IMG/VR virus record: IMGVR_UViG_3300005002_000002
Length of the DNA stretch: 30,574 nt
From: an uncultured virus (IMG/VR IMGVR_UViG_3300005002_000002)
Taxonomy: Duplodnaviria > Heunggongvirae > Uroviricota > Caudoviricetes
Direction: 5' to 3' (one strand)
The notes under the pieces are model-generated. The model was given only the letters and a program-made list of their open reading frames with translations. It had not been told where the DNA came from and did not search any database. The stretch's first letter is position 1. Each line of letters begins with the position of its first letter. The position numbers and the translations under genes were made by a program. Shown in pieces: positions 9,948 to 17,565 of the stretch.

Positions 9948-10979
9948 TCAGGATTGTGCAACGAACGTCTCGCTGTTGCTCCCCCCGAAGTCCTCCGCGT
10001 TGACCATGACGTGCGGGATCAGCACCCGCTTGCTCTGCGTCAGGCCGACGCCGTGTCTCTGCATCCGCCAGTGGGCGCTCCGCCAGTGCGGCCTCACCCT
10101 CCGCCTCGTCGCGTCCTCCGCGACCGCGTCGGAGACGTTACCCCTGATGATACGCCGAACGTCCACCGATTGCTCGATGACGTAGCCCGTCGGGATCGCC
10201 CGCCGCCTCGCCCGCAATTCGTCGAGGACGCGGGCTGGCGTCTTCGCCTTGCTGCGCAGTTGCCTGCTCAACCGCTCCGCCTCGTCGGAGTGCGGCACCT
10301 TGCGGAAGCCGCGATCCATCAGGAGCAGGCAGGCGTTCAACGCCACCCGCACCGCCCTCCGCTCCGTCGTCAGTTCGTCGTCGTTGATCGCCGCCGTGTG
10401 GTTGTCCCCCAGGCGACGCATCACGTCGTCCTCGATGGTAGCCGCCCCAGGCGAGCCGATCATCCCGCACAGCACCGCCCCGTCGCCGCTGTCCGTCAAC
10501 GTCGCCCCCGTGATGACGCCGATGGCCGGGAGGTGCGTCAGGATCTGGGCCACCGGCCCGTAGCTCTCCGTGCCCCCGAAGACGCCGATGCCCTCCGTCC
10601 TCCTCGCCTCCCGGTACTCCGCCGGGAACTCGATGCAGAACGTCGGGAACGGCTGGGCGTAGGCGGAGACGGGGATACGCACCTGAACCTCTTCCAGGGC
10701 GAAGCACTCCGCCGCCGTCGGGCGGAACACCTTCGGGCCGTCACCGACGAGGTGGATCAGGGAGAAGAGATCCAGGCAGGCCGCGATGCTCCGCCCCACC
10801 TCCGCGAACATGCCGGAGACGTAGGCGAGGTGTTCGCGGGAGAGGCGGGTGCCGTCGAAAGTGAAGTCGGCGTCGTGGGCGGGAGAGGGGCGGACGATCC
10901 GCAGGGCGTCCGTCCGGTGCAGCGCGTCAAGGAGCGGGTACAGATACCGCTTGTCTTCAAGGTAGGACCGAAGGGTCAT
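9948..10979 (-). CDS. hypothetical phage protein with C-terminal PHWRxxHWR motif
   Basis: RRRVRPHWRSAHWRMQRHG...KRVLIPHVMVN resembles a recurrent motif of uncharacterised phage proteins; ATG preceded by GAGGCGACG. Confidence 0.75.
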   Translation of the reverse strand: MTLRSYLEDKRYLYPLLDALHRTDALRIVRPSPAHDADFTFDGTRLSREHLAYVSGMFAEVGRSIAACLDLFSLIHLVGDGPKVFRPTAAECFALEEVQVRIPVSAYAQPFPTFCIEFPAEYREARRTEGIGVFGGTESYGPVAQILTHLPAIGVITGATLTDSGDGAVLCGMIGSPGAATIEDDVMRRLGDNHTAAINDDELTTERRAVRVALNACLLLMDRGFRKVPHSDEAERLSRQLRSKAKTPARVLDELRARRRAIPTGYVIEQSVDVRRIIRGNVSDAVAEDATRRRVRPHWRSAHWRMQRHGVGLTQSKRVLIPHVMVNAEDFGGSNSETFVAQS

Positions 10980-11133
10980 CGTCGCCTCGCAGTGTAAGGT
11001 TTCACCCGTCAGCCGCCGCCGTTTCCGTCCTCGCCACGGCGGCGTCCTTTGTTCTCGCTGCCCCGCCTTCCCTGGCAGGGTGGGCAACTCAGCGCTCCCG
11101 GAAACGGAAGGGAGATCGCGGGGCGTCGGCCCC

Positions 11134-11162
11134 ATTGTATCATGCTTGTATTGAGGATTCCA
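11134..11162 (-). promoter_or_regulatory. promoter TGGAAT-N17-TACAAT with extended -10
   Basis: TGATACAAT, 17-nt spacer, AT-rich island; contains AATCCTCAATA, also present in the promoter at 1655-1682. Confidence 0.7.
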
Positions 11163-11219
11163 CCGGCGTAGGGCGATGGCGAGGAGGGGGGGAGGGCGAA
11201 TCCCCCTTTGCGTCCTCGA

Positions 11220-12197
11220 TCAGGCGGAGGCGGCCTCCTCCAGCCTGCTCTCCACCTCATTCTCCGCCGCCACGTCCGCGTCCACCGTCCGCTCCGACTG
11301 GACCGCCGCCGCCGCCGCCATCCCGAACGGGAGGCCGAAGCGCTTCGCACAGTCCGGGCCGTAGCCGACATCGACGCTGTAGAGCGCCCGGCAGCGGGGG
11401 CCGGTGCCACGGCTCCGCGTCAGCGCCTTGTGGCAGAAGCAGCAGAAGCCCGTCCGCCGCCCGTAGCGCCCGGCCACGCCCGCCGGATCTTCGCTGAACG
11501 CCTTGAGGAAGCTCACCACCGTGCTGTCGCACTCGCGACCGGGGGAGAAGACGCCCGTGGTCGGGTCGATCCGGCCATACCAGACGTTGTCCGCCTCGCC
11601 GTACTTCTTGCCGTTCGTCACGTTGATCGTGCCCGGACGGCTGGCCCGCTCGCCAGCGATGGAGAGGACGAGGACGCGCCCGCCCTCCATCGCGAACGTG
11701 ATCTTCGGGCGCTTCGCGTCGGGCTTGTTGCGGATCGCCTCCAGGGCGGTCTGGAACAGCCGCATGATGCCAGCCATCTCCAGCACCACCGCCGGACGCG
11801 GGGCGGGACGCGGGGCGGGGCGCTCCGTCGGCACCGTGTCGTCGCCGTTGTAACGGGGGGCCGGGGCGGGCATCGTGTGCCGCTCCTCGCGGCGTTCCTG
11901 ACGCGGGGCGGGGCGGCTCTCGACGGTGCCGCCGACCTGGGCGAACATGGACTCCAGGGCGAGCTTGTGCGCCCAGGCCCGACGGCCCGGCGTCCAGCTA
12001 CCGTACTGGCGGAGGGCCGCGAGGAGGGAGGAGGCGAAGCTGCGATCCTTCTCGGCCACGTTGCGGAGGCCCGCCGCCGCCTCGTCGTCCGTCAGGAACG
12101 TCACCACCGTCAGCCCGCGATCCGTGTGCAGTCGGGTGATGCCCCGCCCCAGCGTCCGGGCCGCGTTCTCAACCACCGTCTGGATGTTCTGGCTCAT
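11220..12197 (-). CDS. DUF6011-like Zn-binding domain protein
   Basis: C-terminal YGRRTGFCCFCHKALT...SVDVGYGPDCAKRFGLP matches the CxxC..LT...S...G.GP.CA pattern; ATG with GGAGACGACG. Confidence 0.8.
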   Translation of the reverse strand: MSQNIQTVVENAARTLGRGITRLHTDRGLTVVTFLTDDEAAAGLRNVAEKDRSFASSLLAALRQYGSWTPGRRAWAHKLALESMFAQVGGTVESRPAPRQERREERHTMPAPAPRYNGDDTVPTERPAPRPAPRPAVVLEMAGIMRLFQTALEAIRNKPDAKRPKITFAMEGGRVLVLSIAGERASRPGTINVTNGKKYGEADNVWYGRIDPTTGVFSPGRECDSTVVSFLKAFSEDPAGVAGRYGRRTGFCCFCHKALTRSRGTGPRCRALYSVDVGYGPDCAKRFGLPFGMAAAAAVQSERTVDADVAAENEVESRLEEAASA

Positions 12198-12261
12198 CGT
12201 CGTCTCCCCGTCGTTCGTCGTTTCCCGTTCCCGTCGTCTGCAACCCGCATCCGACAACGTG

Positions 12262-12290
12262 ATCTTACGCTGGTGTCGTGAGGATTGCAA
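12262..12290 (-). promoter_or_regulatory. promoter TTGCAA-N17-TAAGAT with upstream A/T tracts
   Basis: 17-nt spacing; near-palindrome TTTTCCGGAATTCTGGAAAA and a 16-bp box (12322-12337) just upstream. Confidence 0.75.
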
Positions 12291-12342
12291 CCCCATTTTC
12301 CGGAATTCTGGAAAAAAACCGGGTGCAAGGTTTTACGGGCGC

Positions 12343-12388
12343 AAAGGGAGACGCCGCGTGCCCTCCGTCAAGGAAGACACGCGGCGTC
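12343..12388 (-). terminator. GC-rich hairpin, possible intrinsic terminator
   Basis: Perfect 11-bp stem GACGCCGCGTG (12350-12360) / CACGCGGCGTC (12378-12388); only a short TCCCTTT tail on the minus strand. Confidence 0.45.
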
Positions 12389-12514
12389 GCGGGGAGATCA
12401 GCGGGAGGCGGAGGCGAGCCGCCTACCTTGAGGCGGGAGGCACGTCCGTTTGCCCCCTACCCTATGTAACGTCCGACCGGGAGAATTTTTCCATCTTTCC
12501 CGGAATTTTTTCAG

Positions 12515-12608
12515 CGGTTCCCCAAGGGATCGAACCCCGGCCTCGCTGTCGCCCCAGCCCGTGAGGGCCAGGATTTGTGCGTGTGCTGCCAAACTACACC
12601 AGGGAACC
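12515..12608 (-). tRNA. tRNA-like RNA, 94 nt, with non-canonical extended anticodon arm (identity not assignable)
   Basis: Acceptor GGTTCCC/GGGAACC, D-arm GTGT-AGTTTGGCA-GCAC, T-arm CGGGG-TTCGATC-CCTTG; anticodon arm replaced by a 38-nt interrupted hairpin; no encoded CCA. Confidence 0.7.
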
Positions 12609-12707
12609 GAAAGCCCCCTCCCGACCGCCGAAGGCGTCGCCCATCACCTTAACGGATCGGGGGGAGCGTTGCCAGCGACCACTGCGAGGAAGTCGCCAAC
12701 AAGGTTA

Positions 12708-12736
12708 AGTATGCCATATCCTCATTACGGCGTCAA
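12708..12736 (-). promoter_or_regulatory. promoter TTGACG-N17-CATACT driving the tRNA-like transcript
   Basis: Near-consensus -35, 17-nt spacer, TG before the -10; no credible ORF downstream until 12197. Confidence 0.7.
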
Positions 12737-12996
12737 GTCCTTTGCAGCGAATTTTTCCAGACGCCGGAGTCAGCGAGTCGGGAGGCGATCTCCTCCGCAC
12801 TGACCATCCTCGCCCCAGCCCGCACGGCCCTATCAACGTCCCGCGTCGTCGCCAGTTGGTAGTGCGGACGATCCCCGCCGATGTATCGCTCCTCCCCGAT
12901 GGAGGCAGCGAAGGCGTGAAGCTCGATCAGTGAGGAGTCGGAGGCGAGGATGCCGCCCTTCTCACAAAGGATCACTGGCTGCCTCCCCGTAGGCAT
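12733..12996 (-). CDS. DUF4031-like small protein
   Basis: LASDSSLIELHAFAASIG...RPHYQL...RAVRAGA pattern; true start may be GTG at 12975. Confidence 0.7.
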   Translation of the reverse strand: MPTGRQPVILCEKGGILASDSSLIELHAFAASIGEERYIGGDRPHYQLATTRDVDRAVRAGARMVSAEEIASRLADSGVWKNSLQRT

Positions 12997-13543
12997 CGAC
13001 GGGCTGTGCGTCCTTCTGCATCCTCGCCGCCAGGATGCGGAACGTGTCCTCGATCATCTGCTGGAACAGTTGCTCCTCCCCCACGCCGAGCTTCGCGGAG
13101 AGGCTGCGGATGAGGTTCGTCTCGTCCTTGCCGATGTTCAGAGTGATGATCGTCTCGCCGTCCCCGCCCTCCGGCTCCCGGACGCCGACCATGCCGATAG
13201 GCGGGAGCGGGTGGGCAACGTCCTGCGAACGCCAGATGTGCAGCGCCTCCGCGTTGTTGACGTATGACGCCTTCGTCGGGTGGATCTGGACCGCCACCTC
13301 GTCGTCGCGGAAGAACAGCCGCTTGACGTGTTCCATCTCGTTCCACGTCGGCAGGCGCGGCGGCTTCGTCGCCCCGATGATGTTCGACCGGACGGAGACG
13401 TGATCCCAGCCGCAGCCGTCGGAGACGACGCAGAACAGCTTGTGCCCCTCCGGCCCCTGGACGAGGAAATGCCCGTTGTTCCCCATCTGCATCGAACCGG
13501 CGACGCGGCAGCGTTCCGCCTGGACGTTTGGTGCGTTCTTCAT
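12962..13543 (-). CDS. conserved phage protein (GWDHVSV / RLPTWNEM / YVN..LHIW family)
   Basis: SDGCGWDHVSVRS...RLPTWNEMEHVKRLFF...QIHP...YVNNAEALHIWR...PLPP is a recognisable widespread phage DUF pattern. Confidence 0.8.
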   Translation of the reverse strand: MKNAPNVQAERCRVAGSMQMGNNGHFLVQGPEGHKLFCVVSDGCGWDHVSVRSNIIGATKPPRLPTWNEMEHVKRLFFRDDEVAVQIHPTKASYVNNAEALHIWRSQDVAHPLPPIGMVGVREPEGGDGETIITLNIGKDETNLIRSLSAKLGVGEEQLFQQMIEDTFRILAARMQKDAQPVDAYGEAASDPL

Positions 13544-13568
13544 CGGTGCCTCGCAGTAAAATGTGATA

Positions 13569-13610
13569 CTCCCCCACGGGCCGCGCTGGTGCCCGTGGGG
13601 GAGGGGGAAG
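13569..13610. repeat. inverted pair of CCCGTGGGGGAG elements
   Basis: CTCCCCCACGGG (13569-13580) / CCCGTGGGGGAG (13592-13603), intergenic. Confidence 0.85.
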
Positions 13611-13695
13611 CCGGGGCCGATGCCCCCCGTCCCCGACTCCCCGGAATCTTCAACACGCTGTCATCATACCAGATGCGGGACGCCGGGGCAAACGA

Positions 13696-14211
13696 TCAAC
13701 CCCAGCGGTGGCCGAAGGCATAGATGACGCACTCCCCGCCGCGCGGCTGGTGCTGCCCCTTGTCCTTGAGGAGGCCGGACGGCAGCGGCTTGAGGATGTC
13801 CAGCCAGACGGACGCCGCCCGGAGGTACGGGCTGTTCGCCGGGTCCGTCCCGAAGCAGCGGACGGAACGCATCACGTCCGTCCCCACGATGCACTCGATG
13901 CCCAGGCCATCGACGATCCGCGCGACGATGTCGCCCACGTCTTCGTCGGAGATCATCCGACGACCGATACCCAGGACGAACTCCGGCGGCTCCCGCTCGT
14001 CGAAGCAGACGAAGTACGGGAAGCCCGTCACGGGGTCCACCCCACGCACGACCGGGTCGCGCCGCAGCAGACCGTCGTCAGCCATCACCCACGTCGAGAT
14101 CACCATGAGACACCTCCCCATTGCTTGCCTAACCGCTGTTGTCGTGTCTTTGAAGCTGTCGGACGTGTTCAAGGATGCCCAGCGCCTTCCATCTGGTCTT
14201 GACGCCTTCAA
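13696..14211 (-). CDS. hypothetical protein (start uncertain)
   Basis: Protein-like from about MGRCLMVIST onward. Confidence 0.6.
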   Translation of the reverse strand: MKASRPDGRRWASLNTSDSFKDTTTAVRQAMGRCLMVISTWVMADDGLLRRDPVVRGVDPVTGFPYFVCFDEREPPEFVLGIGRRMISDEDVGDIVARIVDGLGIECIVGTDVMRSVRCFGTDPANSPYLRAASVWLDILKPLPSGLLKDKGQHQPRGGECVIYAFGHRWG

Positions 14212-14410
14212 GGGCCGCTCCGAGACGTTCCGCCATCACGTCCTCCGGGATCAACTTGGTGTGATAGTGCCAGCACGCCCAGGCCGATCCCGTCCACTGT
14301 AGCGGCAGGTGGCACGTCGGGCACTGCATCGCCCTCAATGCCTCCGCCGGAGGTTTGCGTTCGTTCCCCCGCTTGGTCAGGAGACGACGGGGTAGCTCCT
14401 TTGTTCTCAC
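14129..14410 (-). CDS. small Zn-ribbon-like hypothetical protein
   Basis: GTGA overlap at 14407-14410; CPTC...CWHYH. Confidence 0.55.
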   Translation of the reverse strand: MRTKELPRRLLTKRGNERKPPAEALRAMQCPTCHLPLQWTGSAWACWHYHTKLIPEDVMAERLGAALEGVKTRWKALGILEHVRQLQRHDNSG

Positions 14411-14640
14411 AGCATCCCCTCCGGCTCATCCTCACATGCGTAGTAATTGCTCTCGTCCTTCGGGCACTCGTCGCGGAGCTTGATGTACCCGCGCCGGTAA
14501 CTCCCAGGCCCGTCCCCTGCTACCTTCACCGTGTGATCGCATCGCGTGCAGTTCAGGCAGATGCCAGGAACCTTGATGCCGCTCTCAGGGTGAATCACCG
14601 TCGCCGCTGACGCCTCTACCTCGACACGCCTGGATGCCAT
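14407..14640 (-). CDS. small Cys-containing hypothetical protein
   Basis: AGGAG RBS, CTRC...CP; downstream of an extended -10. Confidence 0.7.
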   Translation of the reverse strand: MASRRVEVEASAATVIHPESGIKVPGICLNCTRCDHTVKVAGDGPGSYRRGYIKLRDECPKDESNYYACEDEPEGML

Positions 14641-14661
14641 TGCGTTCGCGCTCCTGTAATG

Positions 14662-14670
14662 ATTGTAGCA
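14662..14670 (-). promoter_or_regulatory. extended -10 promoter TGCTACAAT
   Basis: TGnTACAAT in a short AT-rich gap; no well-spaced -35. Confidence 0.5.
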
Positions 14671-14688
14671 AGGGGCCGTAGTGACAAA

Positions 14689-15075
14689 TCAAGTTCTCTT
14701 TCGGACTTTCCTCCGTTTTTCTCGCGCGGAGGCATTGACCGACTTGGACGCCCAGAACAGGTTGCCCAGCTTGTTGTTCGTCCGGTTGTCGTCGCTGTGG
14801 TTCGCCTCCTGCCCGCGTCCGGGAGGCCCGACGAAGGAAAGGAGGATCAGGCGGGAGACGATCAGGTAAAACCGTTGACCCCCGCGATAGAGTGCCACCT
14901 GAAGGTAGCCGCTGGAATTGACGCCGGGGCGGAGGCGACGCATGACGGTGTCAAGCTCCCTCCGCCGTGGCTTCCACTGGCTCCAGATGTGCCCGTCTTC
15001 GGAGGCGAAGTAGCCGGGGAAGCCCGGCACCCTGGCGTACCTCACCCCCCCACGGGTGAAGGCGATGTCAGCCAT
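14689..15075 (-). CDS. NUMOD4/HNH homing-endonuclease-like protein
   Basis: PGFPGYFASEDGHIWS (NUMOD4-like), GYLQVAL, VSRLILLSFVGP, NHSDDNRTNNKLGNLFWAS (HNH_3-like). Confidence 0.85.
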   Translation of the reverse strand: MADIAFTRGGVRYARVPGFPGYFASEDGHIWSQWKPRRRELDTVMRRLRPGVNSSGYLQVALYRGGQRFYLIVSRLILLSFVGPPGRGQEANHSDDNRTNNKLGNLFWASKSVNASAREKRRKVRKRT

Positions 15076-15691
15076 CGGAGCGGACTCGCGGGAGCGTCAG
15101 GCCCGTCTGGTTCTGGTACTTCGCCCCCTTCTTGTCGGCGTAGCTCTTGAGGCACTTCGCGGAGCCGCTCAGGAAGATGACCTGACCTATCCCCTCCTTC
15201 GCGTAGACGCGGGCCGGGAGCCGCGTCATGTTGGCGATCTCGATGGTGATGATCCCCTTCCAGCCCGGCTCCAGGGGCGTCATGTTCAGGTTGATCCCGC
15301 AGCGGGCATACGTCGATTTGCCCAGGACGATTGCGAGGCAGTCGCGCGGGATCTCGACGTACTCCAGGCTCTCCGCCAGCACGAAGCTGTTGGGAGGGAT
15401 CAGGACGCTGTCCACCCCCTCCGTGTACACGAAGCGGTCGCGCTTCATGTTCTTCGGGTCCACCTCCACAGCCGCCGTGTCCGTGAACAGCAGGAACTTG
15501 TCCCCCAGGCGGATGTCGTACCCGTAGCTCGTCAGGCCGTAGCTGATGACACCCTCCGGACACGGCTCCGTCGTGAAGGGGTTGATGACGAGGCGGTAGG
15601 GATCTCCCTCGCCCAGCCTCGTCCTTGCCTCGATCTGGAAGTCAGCGAGGAGGCCGGGGAAGTCCTCCGGCGGAGCGGTCTTCTGAAGCAT
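15068..15691 (-). CDS. dcd: dCTP deaminase
   Basis: VISYGLTSYGYDIRL, IPPNSFVLAESLE, GKSTYARCGI, TPLEPGWKGIITIEI, YAKEGIGQVIF, SYADKKGAKYQNQTGLTLPR. Confidence 0.97.
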   Translation of the reverse strand: MLQKTAPPEDFPGLLADFQIEARTRLGEGDPYRLVINPFTTEPCPEGVISYGLTSYGYDIRLGDKFLLFTDTAAVEVDPKNMKRDRFVYTEGVDSVLIPPNSFVLAESLEYVEIPRDCLAIVLGKSTYARCGINLNMTPLEPGWKGIITIEIANMTRLPARVYAKEGIGQVIFLSGSAKCLKSYADKKGAKYQNQTGLTLPRVRSDG

Positions 15692-15701
15692 GGATCGTCC
15701 C

Positions 15702-16196
15702 TCAGATGGTGTCGCCGTCGCGGTAATTGACAAGGGCCAGGGCGATGCTGTCGAGGTTGTGGTTGACGCCGTCCGCAGTCAGTCGGAGGCTCTCCCCCTG
15801 CAAGGCGCGGAGGATGACGTTCAGCACGTCGGGCTTGTGGCGGGAGGAGAGGTAGCGGACGTGATCGGCAAGGCTGCCCTTGCCGTTCCAGCCCGTCTCG
15901 TCCGCGATCTGATCGACCATCGAACGGGTGGGCGGAGGCAAAGGTTTTACGTCATCCGCCGGACCCGGCTCCTGCGTCATCGCGGCCACAAGCGAGTGCA
16001 GCATGATCGGGTCGTCCGGGTGGCTGCCGCCCTGGACGCGGAGCATGATCGGCTGCCGCGAATTCGGGCACATCGTCCAGTGCGTCCACGCCTCGTTCGG
16101 CCTGTCGAGCGGGACGAACGTCAGCGGCTCGTCGTGGTCGCCTCCGCACCTCGCACACTTCTCGACACGCAGCGTAATGCCTCCGCCGTTCATCAT
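15702..16196 (-). CDS. hypothetical protein with CARCGGDH / WTMCP motif
   Basis: ATGA overlap; putative Zn ligands. Confidence 0.7.
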   Translation of the reverse strand: MMNGGGITLRVEKCARCGGDHDEPLTFVPLDRPNEAWTHWTMCPNSRQPIMLRVQGGSHPDDPIMLHSLVAAMTQEPGPADDVKPLPPPTRSMVDQIADETGWNGKGSLADHVRYLSSRHKPDVLNVILRALQGESLRLTADGVNHNLDSIALALVNYRDGDTI

Positions 16197-16501
16197 CGTT
16201 CGCTCTCCGGTAGCGGCGTCGTCCTGATGTTCCAGTTGTCCTCAAACAGGGTGACGCCTTGTTCCAGCCAGGACAGGACGGCCAGGGCGTCGGCCAGCCG
16301 GTTGAATAGGTCGGGCGTCCTCCCGACGAGGAAGTCGGCCCGCTTGAACTCCATGATAGCTCCCTCCCTGGCGAACTGGTGCAGGAACTCCGTCGCCTCC
16401 TCGATGTCCTTATCCTTCGGGCCGTCGCGGTCGTACCACTCCCGCATCCGGTACGGGACGGACGCCCGCAGTGCCTTCTTGAGGCTGTAGTGTGTCGCCA
16501 T
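16193..16501 (-). CDS. hypothetical protein, 102 aa
   Basis: ATG start, coupled stop/start with the next gene. Confidence 0.7.
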   Translation of the reverse strand: MATHYSLKKALRASVPYRMREWYDRDGPKDKDIEEATEFLHQFAREGAIMEFKRADFLVGRTPDLFNRLADALAVLSWLEQGVTLFEDNWNIRTTPLPESER

Positions 16502-16886
16502 ACCTACCCTTCTGCTTCGCGTCGTACACCAGGGCGGCGTTCGCCCTCTCCGCCAGCCTCGCCGCCAGCTTCTCGTACCGATCCGGGAGGCCGATCAGGT
16601 CCGGGCACAGGTCAGCCGGATTGTGCCCCGCCTGCTCGATCTCCAGCAGCGCCAGCAGGGCGTCGTCGAGACGGACGCGGTCCAGATGAATCGCCTCCTC
16701 CGCCGCTCGCGCCGCCCCCTTGAAGCCGAGCCGCTCCGACGTGTGCCCGCCGTCGCGGTGGATCAACGCCAGGAGGTTGCCCAGGATGTCCCGGTCCTTG
16801 ATCGCCTTCTCATGTAGCTCCCCGACGCATTCAAGGCACCAGCCGTCCGGGAGGTGTTTGCAGTTCATCAGGTGCGGCATCGTCAT
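16410..16886 (-). CDS. hypothetical phage protein (LGNLLALIHRDGGH motif)
   Basis: GGAGACGACG RBS; N-terminal H/C cluster HLMNCKH...WCLEC. Confidence 0.7.
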   Translation of the reverse strand: MTMPHLMNCKHLPDGWCLECVGELHEKAIKDRDILGNLLALIHRDGGHTSERLGFKGAARAAEEAIHLDRVRLDDALLALLEIEQAGHNPADLCPDLIGLPDRYEKLAARLAERANAALVYDAKQKGRYGDTLQPQEGTAGVRPVPDAGVVRPRRPEG

Positions 16887-17030
16887 CGTCGTCTCCGTGT
16901 ATGGTGCAGGCGGTGGGATCTCCCCCCACGAATCGCGCGGAACTTACCCGCGAGGATGACCGGAACCCTCATCGGCTCCCGACGTGGCTAACGGTGGCGC
17001 GTCCGCCCCTCCCGCCTTCGCCTGCGTGTC

Positions 17031-17378
17031 TCAATCCGGGAACAGCCCGGCCTGTCTCGACTCAGCCGCCTTCCGCCGGATCGCCTCGACCAGCACGGCC
17101 TGCCGACGGACGGCGTCGGGATCGTTCGCAGCGATCCACTCCTGCACTTCGCGGGCCACCTCGACGTACTCGCGGGACGGCCTGCCCGTCTCCTCCTGGC
17201 CCGGACGGTACGCCGCCCACACCTTGTCGCGGAGGAACTTCGGGAGTTTGAACTAGCACGAACGGCATCCCCAGAAGGCGGGCTTGCACTGCTTCCCGCA
17301 GCCCGGATAGTGGCAGACGTGGTCCCGGTTCTGCTTCGCCTTCAGGACGTGGTTACGCTTCTCGTCGATTGTCGCCAC
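17031..17378 (-). pseudogene. Zn-finger phage protein interrupted by an in-frame TAG at 17253-17255
   Basis: Continuous frame from GTG 17378: ...HVCHYPGCGKQCKPAFWGCRSC*FKLPKFLRDKVWAAYRPGQE...; the stop sits where Trp (TGG) is expected. Confidence 0.75.
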
Positions 17379-17565
17379 GGTCGATCTCCTTCACCCTCGC
17401 GGTGTTGACCCCCCGCCGATCCATCGCGTGGACGAGGCAGAGGAATTGCCTCCTGTATCCCGCCTCCGACGGGTGCGTGCCGGGCACCCTCGCGTCCGGC
17501 ACGCTGTCTTCGTGCGTCGCCTCCCTGCCGCACAACTCGCACGCCTCACTCTCGCGGATGTTCAC
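17353..17565 (-). CDS. small Cys/His hypothetical protein
   Basis: CELC...FLCLVH; GGAGG RBS. Confidence 0.6.
   Translation of the reverse strand: MNIRESEACELCGREATHEDSVPDARVPGTHPSEAGYRRQFLCLVHAMDRRGVNTARVKEIDRGDNRREA

Noticed and set aside
12515..12609. Selenocysteine or suppressor tRNA (TCA in the loop, possible 8-bp acceptor stem)
   Set aside because: The loop is 4 nt, there is no long variable arm or 6-bp D-stem, and TCA would not read the TAG at 17253.
12660..12702. HDV/theta-ribozyme-like string GGCGACT-TCCTCGC-AGT-GGTCGCT-GGCAAC near the tRNA-like RNA
   Set aside because: L3- and P1-like pieces are present, but the P1 5' strand overlaps P3, there is no convincing P2 or J4/2, and it lies 5' rather than 3' of the tRNA. 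A simple hairpin explains it. A cleavage assay would settle it.
16944..16962. CGGGTAAGTTCCG match to a conserved 23S rRNA word
   Set aside because: Only 13 nt with no flanking rRNA similarity; treated as a local hairpin.
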